A stretch of DNA of 64,000 nucleotides from an uncultured delta proteobacterium. GTDB lineage: Bacteria; Myxococcota_A; Polyangia; Polyangiales; Houyiibacteriaceae. The notes beneath the pieces were generated by a model. It saw nothing but the letters and a program-made list of their open reading frames with translations. It did no database searches and was not told where the DNA came from. The position numbers were made by a program, and so were the translations under genes. Location of the stretch: positions 1,696,001-1,760,000 of the forward strand of contig CAVOVB010000001.1 of the NCBI GenBank assembly GCA_963699755.1, written 5' to 3'. Shown here piece after piece: positions 1 through 9,959 of this stretch (position 1 is its first letter; each line of letters begins with the position of its first letter).

Positions 1-912
1 TTCGCCGCGCTGCTCGAGGCCGAGGAGCACGAGCTTGGCGGACACAGCCGCCTGAAAGATTTCGGCGCGCAGGTCTTGGTTGCCTTTGGGGACGACTTCG
101 ACCAGAAGCTCTCCAGGCGCTCCGCCAGCCTGCTCTTTCACGCTCTGCGCATCGCCGATGACGGAAAAGACTTCGCGGACTTCGCTGGCACTGTGGCCGT
201 TTTGCTTGAGCGTCGCGATGAATCGCGGTTTCCCGGCGCGCGCGGCGAGCTCGTCGGGGGTGTCGTCGGCCACGAGTTGCCCCTGCGAGATGATCAGAAC
301 GCGACCGCAGGTCACCCGAACTTCCGCGAGATTGTGGGTGGATAGAATGATGGTCCGCTCACGACCAATCTCGCGGATCAGCTCACGGATCTCGGAGGCC
401 TGGTTCGGATCGAGGCCGCTCATCGGCTCATCGAGGATCAGCACAGGAGGCTCGTGAATCAGTGCCTGCGCAAGACCCACACGTTGACGAAAGCCCTTAG
501 AAAGCTCGCCAATACTCTTGCCGATGACTTCGCCGAGGCTGGTTTCCTCGACCACCCGGCGGAGTCTCGCCTCGAGACCTGCACCGCGAAGGCCGCGCAT
601 CTTGCCCACGAACTGCAGGTACTCGAGCACCAACATCTCGGTGTAGAGCGGGGTGCTCTCGGGCAGATAACCGATGAGCTCGCGGACCGCGATGGGGTCC
701 TCGAAGATGTCGGCGCCGCCGACCCGAGCCGTCCCTCCGGACGGCGCGATGAAGCAGGTCAGGATCTTCATCGTCGTGGTCTTCCCGGCCCCATTGGGTC
801 CTAGGAAACCGACGACCTCCCCCCGATTCACTTGAAAACTGGCGTTCTTTAGCGCGGCGACCGTACCGTAGTGCTTGGTCAAGTCCCGCGCATCGATCAT
901 CACATCGCTCAT
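1..912 (-). CDS. ABC transporter ATP-binding subunit (ABC-2/GldA-like), 3' end runs off the window
   Basis: Not in the ORF track (no stop in window). Manual translation from ATG at 912 gives MSDVMIDARDLTKHYG...GFLGPNGAGKTT (Walker A), LSKGFRQRVGLAQAL (signature), LILDEP (Walker B), LSTH (H-loop). GGGAG RBS upstream. Confidence 0.92.
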   Translation of the reverse strand, partial: MSDVMIDARDLTKHYGTVAALKNASFQVNRGEVVGFLGPNGAGKTTTMKILTCFIAPSGGTARVGGADIFEDPIAVRELIGYLPESTPLYTEMLVLEYLQFVGKMRGLRGAGLEARLRRVVEETSLGEVIGKSIGELSKGFRQRVGLAQALIHEPPVLILDEPMSGLDPNQASEIRELIREIGRERTIILSTHNLAEVRVTCGRVLIISQGQLVADDTPDELAARAGKPRFIATLKQNGHSASEVREVFSVIGDAQSVKEQAGGAPGELLVEVVPKGNQDLRAEIFQAAVSAKLVLLGLEQRGE

Positions 913-1068
913 AAACTCCCTCGCGCGTGATCCGTTGCTTTTCCCAGGGCTGGCGGAGGTTAGCCCCGGCTCTAGGGCTGTCAAGACACCTCCGGAGACC
1001 CAAACCCGGGTCCCCGTGGCCTTATTCCAATGGTTGAGCTCGACGACTCCCGTGGCACGATCGCACTC

Positions 1069-2391
1069 ATGAGCCCGCTCCAGGCAGTTTCGCCGCCCAA
1101 AGTGCCGCCGATGGCGCGCATCCGGGGTGTCGCTCGCCGCGTCTCCGATCTTTGGCCGCTCACCTGGCTGGGACTGGCCCTCGCCCTCGTCGCGTCGGTG
1201 GCCCTCATCAGCTTCGGCTTCAAGAAGCTCGATTTAGTCCTCCTAGTGCTTGGCTATGGGGGAGCCGGCCTGCTGCTGATCTCGACTTTGCTGGTCGTGT
1301 CGAGCGCGCTCGGGCTTTTTTTCTGGCTCCGGCGCGCATCGTTTTCATGGCGCACGTCGACCTTCGAGACCGGGATGCCTTTGCTGACCGGATTTTCGCT
1401 GCCGTCCATGTGGTGGTTGCCCTTGGTGCAGTTGCGCTGGTCGTGGGAGGCTCCGGACGCGCTGCCCGTCGAGCCAGAGCCAGGTGCCGGACGTCTCAGA
1501 GAACGGGTGACCCTTCGTCAGCGCGGCATCTTCGAATCCGTCACGCGGCGATTGGTGATTCAAGACGCCTTCGGTCTGGCGCGGATCGTGTGGAGGCATC
1601 GTCAGCTAGGGCCGATTCAGGTGCTTCCCCACCTCGGCGGCATTCGGCGTCTACCGGTCCTGACCTCTCTCACAGGCGGGGAGGAGTTTCCGCACCCGAT
1701 GGGGCTCGAGGACGGCGACCGGGTCGAGCTCCGAAGATATGTCCCGGGCGATTCAGCACGCTTCATCCATTGGAAAGTGTTCGGCCGCACGAGGAAGCTG
1801 ATGGTGCGTGTTCCGGAGCGGGCCTTGAGCCGTGCTCGAAGGACGGTGGCCTATCTCGTCGCTGGCGTCCACGACGAAGCCGCCGCTGCAGCGGCGCGGG
1901 CGGCCATCGAAGAAGAGGCGCTCGGCACGGAATGGCAGTTCGGAGCCGATGGCTCACCGGACGCGACCTCCGATCGCTCCGAGGCCCTCCACAAGGTGAT
2001 GACCTCCTCACGACATGCGGTCGCGAGCGGCAGCGGGATGAAGCGCTTCCTGGCAGAGGTCGACCCGCGCGGGCCCGCAGCGCTCGTCGTGTTTGCGCCT
2101 CCGACCATGGGCGCCTGGCTCGATGAGATGCGCTCGCTGACCATGAGGCGCTACGGCCGCGTACGCGTGGTCATCGCGGTCGACGCCGTTCACGACCCGG
2201 ATCGTCAGCCGGGTTGGCGCCGATTTTTGCTGAGGCCATCTCGGGTCTCGGGCATCGACCGTGCTGATCTCGAGAGAGTCGGGCGCGCGCTCGGTCAGCT
2301 TCGTTGCGAGGTCGTCATCATCGACCGCGTCAGCGGGCGCCTGCTCGGAGACGGGACCCATCTCAGCTCGCCGTGGAGAAACGCCGCATGA
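1069..2391 (+). CDS. DUF58 domain membrane protein (MoxR-associated)
   Basis: Two N-terminal TM helices; DAFGL and LRRYVPGDSARFIHWKVFGRTRKLMVR DUF58 motifs. Start uncertain (1030/1069/1111). Confidence 0.85.
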   Translation: MSPLQAVSPPKVPPMARIRGVARRVSDLWPLTWLGLALALVASVALISFGFKKLDLVLLVLGYGGAGLLLISTLLVVSSALGLFFWLRRASFSWRTSTFETGMPLLTGFSLPSMWWLPLVQLRWSWEAPDALPVEPEPGAGRLRERVTLRQRGIFESVTRRLVIQDAFGLARIVWRHRQLGPIQVLPHLGGIRRLPVLTSLTGGEEFPHPMGLEDGDRVELRRYVPGDSARFIHWKVFGRTRKLMVRVPERALSRARRTVAYLVAGVHDEAAAAAARAAIEEEALGTEWQFGADGSPDATSDRSEALHKVMTSSRHAVASGSGMKRFLAEVDPRGPAALVVFAPPTMGAWLDEMRSLTMRRYGRVRVVIAVDAVHDPDRQPGWRRFLLRPSRVSGIDRADLERVGRALGQLRCEVVIIDRVSGRLLGDGTHLSSPWRNAA

Positions 2392-4565
2392 CGGCAGACC
2401 CCCATCCGGAAACGAGCGGGATCGCCGCCGCCGTCGCCGAGCTCGGTCGGGCCATGATTCACGGCCTCGCCTGGGCGGTTCTGGTCGCCACGATGGCTCC
2501 ATTGAGCTCGGTGCTCGTCGCGTTTGCAGGAGGCTTCGGTGGCTGTCTCGTGGGATCTCAGCTCGGACAGTCGCGCATCCGTACGCCCGCGATCTTCGCA
2601 GGAGCCGTGATTCTAATCGCCTTGGCTGCCTGGTTTCGTGCTTCGCTGACGCATAGCTCGTTCTTGGCGGCCTCCTTCGGTCCGGCTGGCGCCCTTCGCT
2701 TGGCCGGCATGCTCGCGGCGCTGCTGGTCGCTGCGATCGGCAGCGCCGCGATCCGAGCGGGTTCCACGCGTCGGGCGATCTTTTCGGTTTTGGAGTTACT
2801 TCTCGTCGCCGTTGCGTTCGGGCAGCTCTTCATCGCGCACCGACACGGCGCGATCAATCGACCTTTCTACTTGGCCGACTGGATCATCGCGCTTGGCTGG
2901 GACCCGACCTGGCTCTTCCTCCTCATGGGTGGGACGGCAACGGTATTCGGCCTCGTGCTCTTGCTTCGAGAGCAGCGCTTCGGGCGGGCCGTTCTCAACC
3001 TCGGTGTGATCGGGTTCCTGCTCGCGTTGATCGTCGTCGCCACGCCCCTCGTCGGAATGCCACCACCGCCCGACGGTGGAGGCGGGCTCGGTCTTCGTCC
3101 CGACGAGTCCGAAGCCAAGGAAGGCAAAGGTCAGCAGCAAGAGCGAGGCGGGGCTTCCGCCAGCGAGCTCGAGTTTCGGGACAAGTACAACCCCGGCGGT
3201 GCCCGCGTTCCCGTTGCGGTCGTCCTCTTCCACGACGACTACTCCCCGCCGAGCGGCGTCTACTACTTTCGACAGGGCGCGTTCAGTCAGTACAACGGGC
3301 GAAAGCTAGTGGTCTCCGGGCGCCAGGACGTCGATACCGATCTCATCCCGTATTTCCCAGCACGACTCACCGAGATCGAAAACGCGCCCGAGGTCAATGA
3401 GAATCGCGGGCCACTCGAGACGACGATCGCACTCATGGCCGACCACACCCAGCCGTTTGCGCTCGAGTCGCCGATCGAGGTCGAGCCGATGCAGAACCCC
3501 TCACCGAATCGATTCCGTCGCGTCTACCGCGCGCTGTCCGGCGTGCTCACCGCCGACTACACTTCCATGCTCGACGCAAATCCGGGGTCTTCAGAGTGGT
3601 CCAAAGAACAATGGGCGCACTACACCGAGACACCGCCCGATCCGCGCTACGCCGAGCTGGCGAACGAGCTCACCGCCGAGCTGCCTGCGAGGCTAGCGAA
3701 GAATCCGGTCGCGAAGGCCTTCGCGGTGACCGGCTGGCTCGGGCGCGAAGGCATCTACAGCCTCAAGAACGAGCACAGCAACGCCGAGGATCCCACTGCG
3801 AGCTTCTTGTTCGGCGATCGAACGGGCTATTGCGTGCACTTCGCCCATGCCGCGACCTACCTGATGCGAAGCCTCGGCCTTCCGGCCCGGGTGGCAACCG
3901 GCTATGCAGTAAGCGAATCGGCGCGGCAGGGCGGCTCCTCGTTGCTTCTGTCTGGCTCAGCGTCCCACGCTTGGCCCGAGATCTTCATCGATGACTTCGG
4001 CTGGGTGGTCTTGGATGTGTATCCGGAACGCGCGCTCGATCCTCCCGAGCAGCCCATGGACGCCGACTTGCAGCGGCTCCTCGGAGAGCTTGCCCGCGGT
4101 GCGTCTCCCATTCCGCTGTCTGCGACCGACTTGCCCAAGCTCAAAGAGTTGGCGCGTCGCATCTCGTTGACGTTCGGGACGTGGGTCTTGGCGCTTTTCG
4201 CCTTCGTACTGCTCCTGCTCTACTTGGGGAAGCTCTGGCGCCGAATGGCGCCCAGCTTGGCTCCGGCTGCTTCGCTGCCCAGGGTGATCTATCGAGCCGA
4301 GCTCGACCGCATCGGCGAGCTCGATGTTCGAAGAGGTCCCGGCGAGTCGCGAGAGGCCTTCGCGCGACGTGTGCGGGGCCGATTCCCTGCATTCGAGCCG
4401 TTGACCAATGCGCACCTTGCAGCGGCATTCGGCAGGCACCAGCCCGATCCCGGCAGCCTGCGCGATCAGGCAGCGGAGGTGCGCAGCGACATTCGCAAAG
4501 GATTCCCGCTTTGGAAGCGGTTTTTGGGGCTCCTCACGCCCTGGTCTTGGTTACGGTCAAAATGA
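2388..4565 (+). CDS. Multi-TM transglutaminase-like domain protein (TgpA-like)
   Basis: About 8 N-terminal TM helices; GYCVHFAHA, HAWPEIFIDDFGWVVLD (Cys-His-Asp triad); C-terminal TM followed by RRGPGES. ATGA overlap with the upstream gene fixes the start at 2388. Confidence 0.88.
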   Translation: MTADPHPETSGIAAAVAELGRAMIHGLAWAVLVATMAPLSSVLVAFAGGFGGCLVGSQLGQSRIRTPAIFAGAVILIALAAWFRASLTHSSFLAASFGPAGALRLAGMLAALLVAAIGSAAIRAGSTRRAIFSVLELLLVAVAFGQLFIAHRHGAINRPFYLADWIIALGWDPTWLFLLMGGTATVFGLVLLLREQRFGRAVLNLGVIGFLLALIVVATPLVGMPPPPDGGGGLGLRPDESEAKEGKGQQQERGGASASELEFRDKYNPGGARVPVAVVLFHDDYSPPSGVYYFRQGAFSQYNGRKLVVSGRQDVDTDLIPYFPARLTEIENAPEVNENRGPLETTIALMADHTQPFALESPIEVEPMQNPSPNRFRRVYRALSGVLTADYTSMLDANPGSSEWSKEQWAHYTETPPDPRYAELANELTAELPARLAKNPVAKAFAVTGWLGREGIYSLKNEHSNAEDPTASFLFGDRTGYCVHFAHAATYLMRSLGLPARVATGYAVSESARQGGSSLLLSGSASHAWPEIFIDDFGWVVLDVYPERALDPPEQPMDADLQRLLGELARGASPIPLSATDLPKLKELARRISLTFGTWVLALFAFVLLLLYLGKLWRRMAPSLAPAASLPRVIYRAELDRIGELDVRRGPGESREAFARRVRGRFPAFEPLTNAHLAAAFGRHQPDPGSLRDQAAEVRSDIRKGFPLWKRFLGLLTPWSWLRSK

Positions 4566-4598
4566 TGCCATCCTTCTCAACTGGAGACCGGAGCTGAA

Positions 4599-5612
4599 AT
4601 GCAGCAAGCGATTCAATCACCCATCGATGACAGCCTCAGTGGCGCGCGCGAGGTCGCCGAACGCCTGGGCGCCCGCCTGAGAGCCGCCGTTCGAGGTCGG
4701 GACGAGGTGGTCGAGCTGGTGCTCGTCGCGCTGCTTTCCGACGGCCACGTGCTTCTCGAAGACTATCCGGGCTCCGGCAAGACGACACTTGCACGCGCGC
4801 TTGGCAATGCGCTCGAAGAAGGAGACGGCACCTCCGGCGTTGCCGCGTTCCGCCGCATCCAGTTCACACCGGATCTGCTTCCCAGCGACATTACGGGCAC
4901 GAACATCTTCGACGTGGAGACGAGCCGCTTCGCATTTCGTCGTGGCCCCGTGTTCGCGCACATCGTACTGGCGGACGAGATCAACCGCACCTCCCCAAAG
5001 GTGCAGGCGGCCATGCTCGAAGCAATGGCCGAGAAACAGGTCACGGTCGACAACCACTCGTATCTGCTCGACGACCTGTTTTTCGTCATTGCCACGCAGA
5101 ACCCGCTCGACTTGGCCGGTACGTACCCGCTTCCGACGCCGCAGCTCGATCGTTTCCTCTTCAAGATCGAGATGAAGCACATCGACCGCGCCTCCGAGCT
5201 CGAGGTGCTGGATCAGTATCCACGGGCCAGCCTCGAAGTCGCCCGCGATCATCCCGGCGTGACCCGCGGGGAAATTCTCGCGGCGCGGCGGCAGACCCGC
5301 GGTGCAGTTCACGTCGCCCCTGTCGTGAAGGAGGCCTTGGTGGACCTGGCGCGCCTGCTTCGAAGCGATTCCCGTGTCCTTCAGGGGGCGTCGACCCGCG
5401 CGCTGGTCTTGATGCTGCCCGCACTTCAGGCTCGTGCCGTCATCTACGGGAGGGACTTCGTTTCCCCAGAAGACATTGCGGCGCTGGCGCCGTACGTGTT
5501 CAAACACCGACTCGAGTGTGCGCCCGGCGTAGAAGACGTGGACGCGCTCATCGAAGAGGCTACCGCCGTCGAGGTCGAAAAGCTCGCGCGGGCGAGCCTG
5601 CGTCGCGGTTGA
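4599..5612 (+). CDS. MoxR-family AAA+ ATPase
   Basis: HVLLEDYPGSGKT, RIQFTPDLLPSDITG, LADEINRTSPKVQAAMLEAM, ATQNP, YPLPTPQLDRF motifs. Confidence 0.95.
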   Translation: MQQAIQSPIDDSLSGAREVAERLGARLRAAVRGRDEVVELVLVALLSDGHVLLEDYPGSGKTTLARALGNALEEGDGTSGVAAFRRIQFTPDLLPSDITGTNIFDVETSRFAFRRGPVFAHIVLADEINRTSPKVQAAMLEAMAEKQVTVDNHSYLLDDLFFVIATQNPLDLAGTYPLPTPQLDRFLFKIEMKHIDRASELEVLDQYPRASLEVARDHPGVTRGEILAARRQTRGAVHVAPVVKEALVDLARLLRSDSRVLQGASTRALVLMLPALQARAVIYGRDFVSPEDIAALAPYVFKHRLECAPGVEDVDALIEEATAVEVEKLARASLRRG

Positions 5613-5614
5613 CG

Positions 5615-7588
5615 ATGCCCGCCACCGAGTCAGCTCGCGTCGTGCAAGTGATGCTGGCAGCGCTGCTGGCGGCGATTTGCGTCGCCGTCCACCCGGCTTC
5701 TCCTGCGGCCGCGGACGATATGATGGCGCCGCTGCTGCTCGAGGGGGAAGAGGCCGAAGTCGAAGAGCTCGCGCTGTGGGAGCTGATCGAACGCGAGCGC
5801 TATGTGAGATCTCGCGAGGAAGCCGAGAAGTACTTGCAAGAGCACCCGAGCTCGTACGTTGCACACCTCGTTCTCGGCATGGCGCAGCACTACGGTGAGG
5901 CGAATTTCCCCAAGGCCCTATTTCACGAAGCCCGCGCCCTCGCGCTTTTCGAGGCGGCCGAAGGCGTACAGCCGACGCCGAGTCAGCCCTGGCGATGGCA
6001 CGCGAGAATCTTGACCGCGCTGACCCGGGCGCACGGCGACCTCGAGCACTACGACGAGCAGCTTGGTTTCATGTACCGGTACAACGAGCTCTACACCCCG
6101 CAGCTCAAGGCCGAGCTCGCCTGGCCCTTGATGAAGAAGCGAGACTTCGCAAAGGCGCGACTCGCAGCAGAAGAGGGATTGGCCACCGCCGATCCCTATC
6201 AAATCGAGCGCGCAAAGAACGCCCTGTGTGCCATCGAGTATGAGGCCGGCGACGACGAGAAGGCCTACGAGGTCTGCGCCGACGCAGTGGAGTACGGGCG
6301 CACGCATTTCGGCAGCGCGACGGCGGTCGACCTTGGGAACTTCGCCGAAGCGGCCAGGTCGGTCTTTCGGTTCGACGAAGCGGAGCGCCTCTTGATGGAC
6401 GCATCGAAGGGCGGGCTTTCCTGGTATGGGAACCCCTGGCTCGAGCTAGCCGATCTCTACATGAGAGCGGGCCGCTTTGCCGAAGCCTTGTCGGCCCTCC
6501 GGGAAGTCCCACGCCATCGGGCAGCTCGGCCGGCGCACGTGCGCGACTCGGATCGCAACGAGGCGCGCCGGTCTCTGGCGGCGTTTCTTCTCCTGATGGG
6601 ACGGCCCGACGAAGCGCTGCGCATCACCGACAAGGCTGCCGTGCTTCCGGACCGCCGTGCGCACAACAGCCGCGATCCGGAGCAAGATCGGAGCATCGTC
6701 GCACTGCTCGATCGGCAAGCGCGCTTGATGTTGGCCGAGATGACCTTGGAGCGGGCCGCTGCCAAGCCGTTTCACCTGCGCTGCTGGGCGCATGGAAAAG
6801 CGCTTTTGCTGCGGTTCCAGGCCTGGATGAGCGCTCGGCAAGTCGTTCGCTTCCTCGACGACGAAACGAGGCTGGTAGGTACCTTTGCTCTCGGGACCGC
6901 GCGGAGCGCAGTCATGCCATCTTGGCTTTTGGGCGAGCTCATTGGTGTTCTCGGTCCCGGAGTGGTCAGGGCGGCGGTGACCGAGATGCGCCGTGAAGAC
7001 CGGAGGCAGGGCGCGGCCCCCTACTATGACGCCGTGCTTGCCGAGGTGTCGTTGGCGCAGCGAGAGTACGACGAAGCGATCGAGCACGCGGAGAAGGCGC
7101 TCCGCCAGTTGCCGCCGGGAGACGCGCTCCTGCGGGAACGCGTTCGTGCGGTCTTGGGGAGGTCACTGTCTGATCCACGCGAAACGACGTCGCTCTACGA
7201 AGAAGTTCTCGGAACCGACCCAGGTTTGTTCCGTCGCTTGGGCTGGGCGCTTCCCGCCGAAGTCGAGTCGGGCGACGCTGAAATCGACCGGACTCTGGCA
7301 AGCGCGGTGATGCGATCTCCGCGTTTCGAGCGATCGAGCAACGGCCTTCGCATCCAAATCGACAGCGCACGAATTTGCTTGTTCGGCCGCACTGGCGCGG
7401 CTTGGGGCTGCAGCGACGTGGGGCTTCAAGAGGACGAAAGCGCGGAGACCTACGCGGAGCGCATCGTCGACTCGTTTCACGCCGCGATCTTTTCGCCTCG
7501 CGTCGACCTGAGTCGCATCGACATCAATTCGCTCGATGGCTCGAATCGGGTCACCCGCAATCCGCTCGATATGCTCCTCCCCCCATGA
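5615..7588 (+). CDS. Exported TPR-like helical repeat protein
   Basis: Hydrophobic signal peptide (VMLAALLAAICVAVHPASPAAA) followed by Ala/Leu-rich helical repeats; starts 2 nt after the moxR stop. Confidence 0.7.
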   Translation: MPATESARVVQVMLAALLAAICVAVHPASPAAADDMMAPLLLEGEEAEVEELALWELIERERYVRSREEAEKYLQEHPSSYVAHLVLGMAQHYGEANFPKALFHEARALALFEAAEGVQPTPSQPWRWHARILTALTRAHGDLEHYDEQLGFMYRYNELYTPQLKAELAWPLMKKRDFAKARLAAEEGLATADPYQIERAKNALCAIEYEAGDDEKAYEVCADAVEYGRTHFGSATAVDLGNFAEAARSVFRFDEAERLLMDASKGGLSWYGNPWLELADLYMRAGRFAEALSALREVPRHRAARPAHVRDSDRNEARRSLAAFLLLMGRPDEALRITDKAAVLPDRRAHNSRDPEQDRSIVALLDRQARLMLAEMTLERAAAKPFHLRCWAHGKALLLRFQAWMSARQVVRFLDDETRLVGTFALGTARSAVMPSWLLGELIGVLGPGVVRAAVTEMRREDRRQGAAPYYDAVLAEVSLAQREYDEAIEHAEKALRQLPPGDALLRERVRAVLGRSLSDPRETTSLYEEVLGTDPGLFRRLGWALPAEVESGDAEIDRTLASAVMRSPRFERSSNGLRIQIDSARICLFGRTGAAWGCSDVGLQEDESAETYAERIVDSFHAAIFSPRVDLSRIDINSLDGSNRVTRNPLDMLLPP

Positions 7589-7674
7589 AGTCGACCCCGT
7601 AGAGTCGTCGCTTTGCGTCGACCACGGGGCTTCGCCTCTGGTCTTGTGGGCAAGGGTGTGTCTTACTGCGGGCC

Positions 7675-8235
7675 GTGAGCAATACCTGGGTTCGTCTCGC
7701 GCTTCTGGCGGCCTTTCTGATTGGCGTCTACCTGATCGGTCGAGCCACCGGTTTCACCGACCAGCTCACTGTCGACGGCATTCGCGCATCGATGCGGGCC
7801 GCAGGGGTCGGAGGATTTGCCGTTTTCGTGGCGGTCTTCTGCGTGGGCCAGCTGCTCTACATCCCGGGTTTCGTTTTCGTCATGGTGTCGGGGCTTGCTT
7901 ACGGTCCATTCTGGGGTTCTCTCGCCTCGGTGATCGCAGCCACGATATCGGTTGCCGTTTCGTTCTTCATCGTGCGCACGATTGGTGGTCAGCCCCTCAA
8001 GAACCTCAACATCAAGCGCCCGTTTCTCCAGAAGCCTCTGGACCGCCTCGAGCAGCAGCCCATTCGCTCGATGATCGTCATCCGGCTCTTCCTCTGGGCG
8101 ATTCCCCCGGTGAACTACACTCTGGCCATGTCCGGGGTGACCTTCCGCGACTACATGATCGCTGCAATCATCGGGATGACCCCGCCTTTCGTCGCGCTTT
8201 CGGTGGCGGCGGGCTTGGGGTTCAACCTCTTGTAG
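7675..8235 (+). CDS. TVP38/TMEM64 (DedA/VTT) membrane protein
   Basis: IPGFVFVMVSGLAYGPFWG, IRLFLWAIPP, NYTLAMSGVTFRDY pattern of the SNARE_assoc/VTT family. Confidence 0.88.
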   Translation: MSNTWVRLALLAAFLIGVYLIGRATGFTDQLTVDGIRASMRAAGVGGFAVFVAVFCVGQLLYIPGFVFVMVSGLAYGPFWGSLASVIAATISVAVSFFIVRTIGGQPLKNLNIKRPFLQKPLDRLEQQPIRSMIVIRLFLWAIPPVNYTLAMSGVTFRDYMIAAIIGMTPPFVALSVAAGLGFNLL

Positions 8236-8238
8236 CGA

Positions 8239-9285
8239 CTATTTCCGCCGGGTGAGGGGGATGCTGGTGTCGGGGAGGGTTTGTTCGGCCGAGTCGGCTT
8301 TCTCCAGGGCGTCCCGGGCAGCGAATGGCTTCGTCGGTGGCTCGCTGAGCTGCGCGCGCTCGAGTTGGGCAGTGGCCCATCGCACGCTTTGCGCGATCAC
8401 ATGGGAGTCGGTGACCTCGTCGGTCGCGCGCAGAAGCATCGCGAGGTCCCGCGCCATCTCCCGGCTCGAGGTGTAGCGTTCGATCGGGTTTCGGCGAAGT
8501 GCCTTGTTGATGATCTCGACGAGGCGCTCGGGCAGGTCGTCGCGAAACTCCCCGAGGTCAGGCGCGTCCGACGCGCGGATCGTGCCGAGGACTTTGAGCG
8601 GGTCCTCGCCCTTGAAAAGCTTCTCACCTGCCAGAATCTCCCAGAGCACGACGCCGGCGCTGAACACGTCGGTCTGCGCGCTTGGTTCCGCTTCGTAGGT
8701 CAGCTCGGGTGCCAAATAGGAAATCTTGCCCTTTACGAAACCGGGCTTGGTGATCGAGCTGCGATCCATCGCGCGAGCCAGACCGAAGTCGGTTAGCTTC
8801 ACGACGCCGCAGTTGCTCAACATCACGTTTTGCGGAGTGACATCTCGATGAAAGACCGGGGCCGGCCTTCCTTCCGCATCCAGGCGCGCATGCGCTGCGT
8901 GAAGAGCCTCGAGGACTTCGATTCCGATCGCGGCGGTCAGGCTCCAAGGGGTATGGTGCCCGTGCGCCCTGTGGGCTCGACGCCACTCGGAAAGCGTCAG
9001 GCCTTCGACCCACTCGAGAACCAGATAGTACTCGCCGTTGCGATCCCGATCGAAGTCGTGAATCTGAGCGATGTTCGGGTGATCGAGCTCGGAGACGACG
9101 CGCGCCTCTTCGACGAACATCTTGAGAAACTCGGGGTTCTGACTGAGCGGCGCAAGCACGCGTTTGATCGCGACAGGCCGCGTGAAGCCGGCCGCTCCGT
9201 GCGTCTGCCCGCGATACACCTTGGCCATCCCGCCTTCGCCGGCGAGCTCTAGGACCTCGTATTTTCCGCCAAGCAGTTCCACCAT
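8239..9285 (-). CDS. Hanks-type Ser/Thr protein kinase, cytoplasmic
   Basis: GEGGMAKV, VAIK, HRDVTPQN, DFG, YLAPE, DVFSAG subdomains; no TM segment. Confidence 0.95.
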   Translation of the reverse strand: MVELLGGKYEVLELAGEGGMAKVYRGQTHGAAGFTRPVAIKRVLAPLSQNPEFLKMFVEEARVVSELDHPNIAQIHDFDRDRNGEYYLVLEWVEGLTLSEWRRAHRAHGHHTPWSLTAAIGIEVLEALHAAHARLDAEGRPAPVFHRDVTPQNVMLSNCGVVKLTDFGLARAMDRSSITKPGFVKGKISYLAPELTYEAEPSAQTDVFSAGVVLWEILAGEKLFKGEDPLKVLGTIRASDAPDLGEFRDDLPERLVEIINKALRRNPIERYTSSREMARDLAMLLRATDEVTDSHVIAQSVRWATAQLERAQLSEPPTKPFAARDALEKADSAEQTLPDTSIPLTRRK

Positions 9286-9303
9286 AGGAGGGCGGCTGAA
9301 CCC

Positions 9304-9624
9304 TCAACTTTCTTTAGCAGAAAGCAGGGCCTCGAGTTCACCCTTCTCGTACATCTCACGAATGATGTCACAGCCGCCCACGAACTTACCCCGGACGTAA
9401 AGCTGCGGGATCGTTGGCCAGTTGGCGAACTCCTTGATTCCCTGCCGGATGGCCTGGTCTTCGAGGACGTTCACATCCTGGAACTCCGAGCCGGAGCGGC
9501 GCAGGACCTCGACCACGGTCGCGGAGAAGCCGCACTGCGGAAAATGCTTGGTGCCTTTCATGAAGAGCACGACCTCGTTGCCTTCGATGATGCCCTGAAT
9601 CCGTTCTCGCAAGGTATCTTCCAT
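9304..9624 (-). CDS. grxD: Monothiol glutaredoxin Grx4
   Basis: LFMKGT, PQCGFS, NWPTIPQLY, GGCDI. Confidence 0.96.
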   Translation of the reverse strand: MEDTLRERIQGIIEGNEVVLFMKGTKHFPQCGFSATVVEVLRRSGSEFQDVNVLEDQAIRQGIKEFANWPTIPQLYVRGKFVGGCDIIREMYEKGELEALLSAKES

Positions 9625-9627
9625 CGT

Positions 9628-9882
9628 TTAACCCTCTGCCTTAGCCCAACTCTCGGGCGAGTAGGTCTTGAGCGCAAGTGCGTGGACCGGCCCGGCCATC
9701 AGCTCGCCCAGGGCAGCGTAGACCATTTGGTGCTGCTCGATGGGGGTTTTTCCAGCGAAAGCCGCCGAGACGACCAGCGCCTCCCAATGGTCCTTGGTGC
9801 CGGTCAGGTCCCTGATTACCAAATGGGAGACCTCTCCGAGACCTTCACGAATTCGCTGTTCCAAGACCTCTGCTTCAAGCAT
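9628..9882 (-). CDS. bolA: BolA/IbaG family protein
   Basis: DHWEALVVSAAFAG, QHQMVYAAL, VHALALKT; adjacent to grxD. Confidence 0.93.
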   Translation of the reverse strand: MLEAEVLEQRIREGLGEVSHLVIRDLTGTKDHWEALVVSAAFAGKTPIEQHQMVYAALGELMAGPVHALALKTYSPESWAKAEG

Positions 9883-9959
9883 CGCGGCGCCTCCACTGCA
9901 ATCCCCGGGCTACGGCCCGTGAACGTGCTTGTCAATCGCCAAGAAAGTCACTGAGCGAG

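Noticed and set aside
1053..1068. TGGCAC upstream of the DUF58 gene, and TGGCAT at 26945
   Set aside because: No GC at the -12 position and no CGCA-N5-TGCG boxes nearby.
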